Origin: Chloroflexota bacterium
GTDB taxonomy: Bacteria > Chloroflexota > Anaerolineae > B4-G1 > DUEL01
Reading direction: 5' to 3'
DNA: 49,340 nucleotides
NCBI GenBank assembly: GCA_011388675.1
Contig: DROW01000181.1
Location: 1 to 49,340 of the forward strand
Shown one piece after another: positions 45,622 through 49,340 of this stretch. Position 1 is the first letter of the stretch, and each line of letters begins with the position of its first letter. The notes below the pieces were generated by a model, which worked only from the letters and a program-made list of their open reading frames with translations, was not told where the DNA came from and searched no databases. Position numbers and translations under genes: made by a program.

Positions 45622-46395
45622 TTGGATTCCCTATGGCTTACCTGTGAAAGGCCCCTGAACATCGCCCACCGGGGAGCCAGCGCGGTGGCTCCGCAGAACA
45701 CCCTCGCCGCCTTCCGCCGTGCGGCGGAACTGGGGGCCGATGGGATCGAACTGGACGTCCGCCTCTCCGCCGACGGCGTACCGGTGGTGATCCACGACGC
45801 CGTAGTAGACCACACCACGGACGGGACCGGGCGGGTGGCCGACCTCCCGCTGGCCGCCCTGAAGGAACTGGACGCCGGCTCCTGGTTCGACCCCGCCTTC
45901 GCTGGAGAGCGCATCCCTACGCTGGACGAGGTGTTTGAAGAGATAGGGGACACGCTCCTTATCAACGTGGAGTTGAAGCCGGAAAAGGACCGGAGGATCG
46001 GAGAGGCGGTGGTCCGACGGGTGGAGCGTCACGGCCTGTTCGACCGCGTCCTCCTCTCCTCGTTCGACCCCTTTATCTTGCGCCGCGTCCGTCGCCTGAC
46101 CCCTCACATCCCGCTGGGCTTCCTCTACGAGGTCGCTCCCCTCTCCCGGCTCGCCCGGCTGTTGGCCTGGGCGATGCCCGACCTTCGGCCCGAGGCGGTC
46201 CATCCTCACTGGCGGCTGATCCGGCGCGAGGTAGTCCATCGCGCCCACAGCCGCGGACAACGGGTGATCGCGTGGACGGTCGACGCGCCGGACGCGATGC
46301 GCCACCTGATCGACTGGGGGGTGGACGGGATCATCACGAACCACCCGGACCAACTGCGAAAGGTGCTTTCTCAACCCCACCCGGAGGCGAGATGA
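45622..46395 (+). CDS. Glycerophosphodiester phosphodiesterase
   Basis: AHRGAS..PQNT, ELDV, HD..VD.TT, IPTL, NVELK, WTVD, GIITN. Confidence 0.94.
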   Translation: MDSLWLTCERPLNIAHRGASAVAPQNTLAAFRRAAELGADGIELDVRLSADGVPVVIHDAVVDHTTDGTGRVADLPLAALKELDAGSWFDPAFAGERIPTLDEVFEEIGDTLLINVELKPEKDRRIGEAVVRRVERHGLFDRVLLSSFDPFILRRVRRLTPHIPLGFLYEVAPLSRLARLLAWAMPDLRPEAVHPHWRLIRREVVHRAHSRGQRVIAWTVDAPDAMRHLIDWGVDGIITNHPDQLRKVLSQPHPEAR

Positions 46396-47297
46396 CGGCG
46401 AAGATCATCCTGAACCCATACGCTGGCCGATGGAAAGCCCAGGCGGCCATCCCCGACATAGAACGGGCCTGCAAGGAACTCGGCCTGGACTATGAACTGG
46501 TCGTCACCGAAGGGCCGGGCCACGGGATCGAACTGGCCCGAGAGGCCCTCCTCGCTGGTTACAGCCCCATCGTCGCCGCCGGAGGGGACGGCTCCATCAG
46601 CGAGGTCGTCAACGGAATGCTCGCCGCCACCTCTGGCCGCCGACCGGAGGTTCCTCTGGGTATCATCCCCCTCGGCTCCGCCGACGACCTGGCCGACCAA
46701 CTGGGGTTGCCCAAGGACATCGTCGCTGCCTGCCGCGTCATCCTGGAAGGCTGCGAGCGGCTGATCGACCTGGGTCGGGTGAACGGCCGCTACTTCGACA
46801 ACAACTCCGCCGTGGGGCTCGAGCCGATGGTGACCGTCACCCAAGAAAGGATGCAGCGCGTCAAGGGTACCCCCCGCTACGTCCTCGCCGCCGTGCGGAC
46901 CATTCTCGTCCATCGCCCCTGGCGAATGCGGCTGGTTTGGGACGATGGAGAGTACGAGGGGGAGACCACACTGGTCTCCGTGGGCAATATGCGTCGGACC
47001 GGGGGTGCCTTCTATATGACCCCGCGCGCCGAGCCGGACGACGGCCTCCTCGACTTCGTCTTTGCCGGAGGGATGGGCCGGCTGAGGTTGCTCCGCCTTC
47101 TCCCCACCACCTTCGACGGGAGCCATATCGACCAGCCGGAGGTCCGCTACGCGAGGACGACCCGCCTGACCATCGAGTGCGATCCTCCCACCCCCATCCA
47201 GGCCGACGGCGAGTTGTTCGACCGGTCCGCCACTCGCATCGTTTACGAGGTGATCCCCTCGGCGCTGCGGGTGCTGGTCCCCTCGCCAGCCCCCTGA
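46392..47297 (+). CDS. Diacylglycerol kinase family lipid kinase (YegS/BmrU)
   Basis: NPYAG, GGDGSISEVVNG, PLGSA, DDGLLD, QADGE. Confidence 0.93.
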   Translation: MTAKIILNPYAGRWKAQAAIPDIERACKELGLDYELVVTEGPGHGIELAREALLAGYSPIVAAGGDGSISEVVNGMLAATSGRRPEVPLGIIPLGSADDLADQLGLPKDIVAACRVILEGCERLIDLGRVNGRYFDNNSAVGLEPMVTVTQERMQRVKGTPRYVLAAVRTILVHRPWRMRLVWDDGEYEGETTLVSVGNMRRTGGAFYMTPRAEPDDGLLDFVFAGGMGRLRLLRLLPTTFDGSHIDQPEVRYARTTRLTIECDPPTPIQADGELFDRSATRIVYEVIPSALRVLVPSPAP

Positions 47298-48163
47298 TGG
47301 ACTGACCCCGCGGAAACGTCGGGGGAGAGCGCACGAAAGTCGGTCAACCGCACACCCTGCGCCACCCATCGTTCCCGTACCCGGGGGTGGGTCAGGATCT
47401 CCAGTTCCCGCTCGCGCCCCTGGACGTACCCGCTGACGGCCGCCAACCGCGCATCCACCCGACCGGGGTGGCACATCAGTTCAGCAACCCCCACCGGCAC
47501 CTGTGCGATCAGGTCAAGGAGATGCTCCAACGTGGCCCCCTCACCGTAAAAGGAGAGAAAGCAGCGATCGGGCGCTGGCACGCTGGACCGGTGAAGAAGG
47601 GCATCGCACGCGGCGATGAGGGAAGGAAGGGATCGCGCGGGCACCCGGTGGGCCTCCGCCAATCGGTCCAGATCCGCCGTGGTTCGCCACGGATAACGGA
47701 TGGGCAGGCGGTATCGCTCCGCCAACTCCAGAAGGACGTGGAAGAGGGTGGGGGAGAGGTACAGCAGGTGATGATGGCTATCCAGATGGGTCGGCTCACC
47801 GCCCCAGGAGCGGAACCGTTCGATCTGGGCGACCAGTTCCGCCTCCACCTGGTCCAGATCGAGCGACGGAAGGCGGGGGAGGAGGTCGCGGATTGGGTGA
47901 AACCGGCCTGATGGATCGACCAGGGTGGACACCTGCTCGGGAGGCAAGACGGGACGGCCAGCGGTCAGGTTGAGGTGGACCCCCAGGCCGAGACGGGGGG
48001 CCTCTTCTCGGGCACGCTGCACGGCGGCCCGAGCGCCCGGGAGGTTGACCATCACCGTGGTGCTGGTGACGATTCCCTCGCGGTGGGCTTGGAGGATCCC
48101 TTCGGTGATGCCGGGAGTCCGGCCGAAGTCGTCAGCGTTGACGATGAGCCAGCGGTCTCCCAT
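47243..48163 (-). CDS. ChbG/HpnK (YdjC) family carbohydrate deacetylase
   Basis: NADDFG, TSTT.M, GVHLNL, HLDSHHH, ELMCHPG. Confidence 0.94.
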   Translation of the reverse strand: MGDRWLIVNADDFGRTPGITEGILQAHREGIVTSTTVMVNLPGARAAVQRAREEAPRLGLGVHLNLTAGRPVLPPEQVSTLVDPSGRFHPIRDLLPRLPSLDLDQVEAELVAQIERFRSWGGEPTHLDSHHHLLYLSPTLFHVLLELAERYRLPIRYPWRTTADLDRLAEAHRVPARSLPSLIAACDALLHRSSVPAPDRCFLSFYGEGATLEHLLDLIAQVPVGVAELMCHPGRVDARLAAVSGYVQGRERELEILTHPRVRERWVAQGVRLTDFRALSPDVSAGSVHQGAGEGTSTRSAEGITS

Positions 48164-48177
48164 AGTCCCTACGTGCA

Positions 48178-48215
48178 GTGAGGAAAGGGCGCGATTAATC
48201 GCGCCCTTTCCTCAC
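48178..48215. repeat. Perfect 38-bp palindrome downstream of 5S rRNA (terminator or REP-like)
   Basis: GTGAGGAAAGGGCGCGATT|AATCGCGCCCTTTCCTCAC. Confidence 0.85.
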
Positions 48216-48248
48216 CCACCGTACAATCACCTGGCATAAAAAAGGTCT

Positions 48249-48364
48249 CCTGGCAACGACCTACTCTCCCAGGGGGCTTCCCCCCAAGTACCATCGGCGC
48301 TGGCGGGCTTAACTTCCGGGTTCGGGATGGGACCGGGTGTTTCCCCGCCGCTCCAGTCACCAGG
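48249..48364 (-). rRNA. rrf: 5S rRNA
   Basis: CCCATCCCGAAC, GCGCCGATGGTACT, GAGAGTAGGT motifs on minus strand. Confidence 0.96.
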
Positions 48365-48425
48365 AGACCTAGAACAACGCACCTTAACAACCGAATAGGG
48401 TGAAAGCCCCGATTTCTCCGCGTCA

Positions 48426-49340
<915 letters not shown>

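Overview
GC-rich bacterial chromosomal window. Gene content and protein motifs suggest Chloroflexota/Anaerolineae (inference, not a database result). From left to right it carries: (1) an M24 peptidase; (2) a Ser/Thr signalling operon (PQQ-propeller kinase, PP2C, J-domain-vWA, Zn-ribbon-FHA, 80-aa protein, orphan response regulator, MglA-like GTPase); (3) two Hsp20 genes, a lone Flp pilin and transaldolase; (4) a tRNA-Gln-glmU-hemolysin-cdd-methyltransferase unit; (5) a ~10 kb PerR-headed oxygen-defence cluster (rubredoxin, NROR, a UGA-interrupted selenocysteine peroxiredoxin with SECIS, cydAB, half-ferritin, DpsL, SOR, two rubrerythrins, ferritin-like protein, Tat-exported Mo enzyme); (6) housekeeping genes including rsgA, tyrS, a YhaM-like nuclease and def, an ECF/anti-sigma pair, two histidine kinases and lipid enzymes; (7) the 3' end of an rRNA operon (23S partial, 5S). 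There are 4 tRNAs in total. Features the ORF track does not show include the Sec readthrough, four small ORFs, a Tyr-containing leader peptide plus terminator before tyrS, a structured leader before glmU, and a strand-biased structured RNA upstream of a 56-aa membrane protein. Also found: an ECF promoter inside the sigma gene, an apparently circularly permuted RskA-C domain inside a TPR protein, a MITE-like element with target duplication, GTAG-type REPs and simple tandem repeats. No CRISPR array, transposase or prophage was seen.
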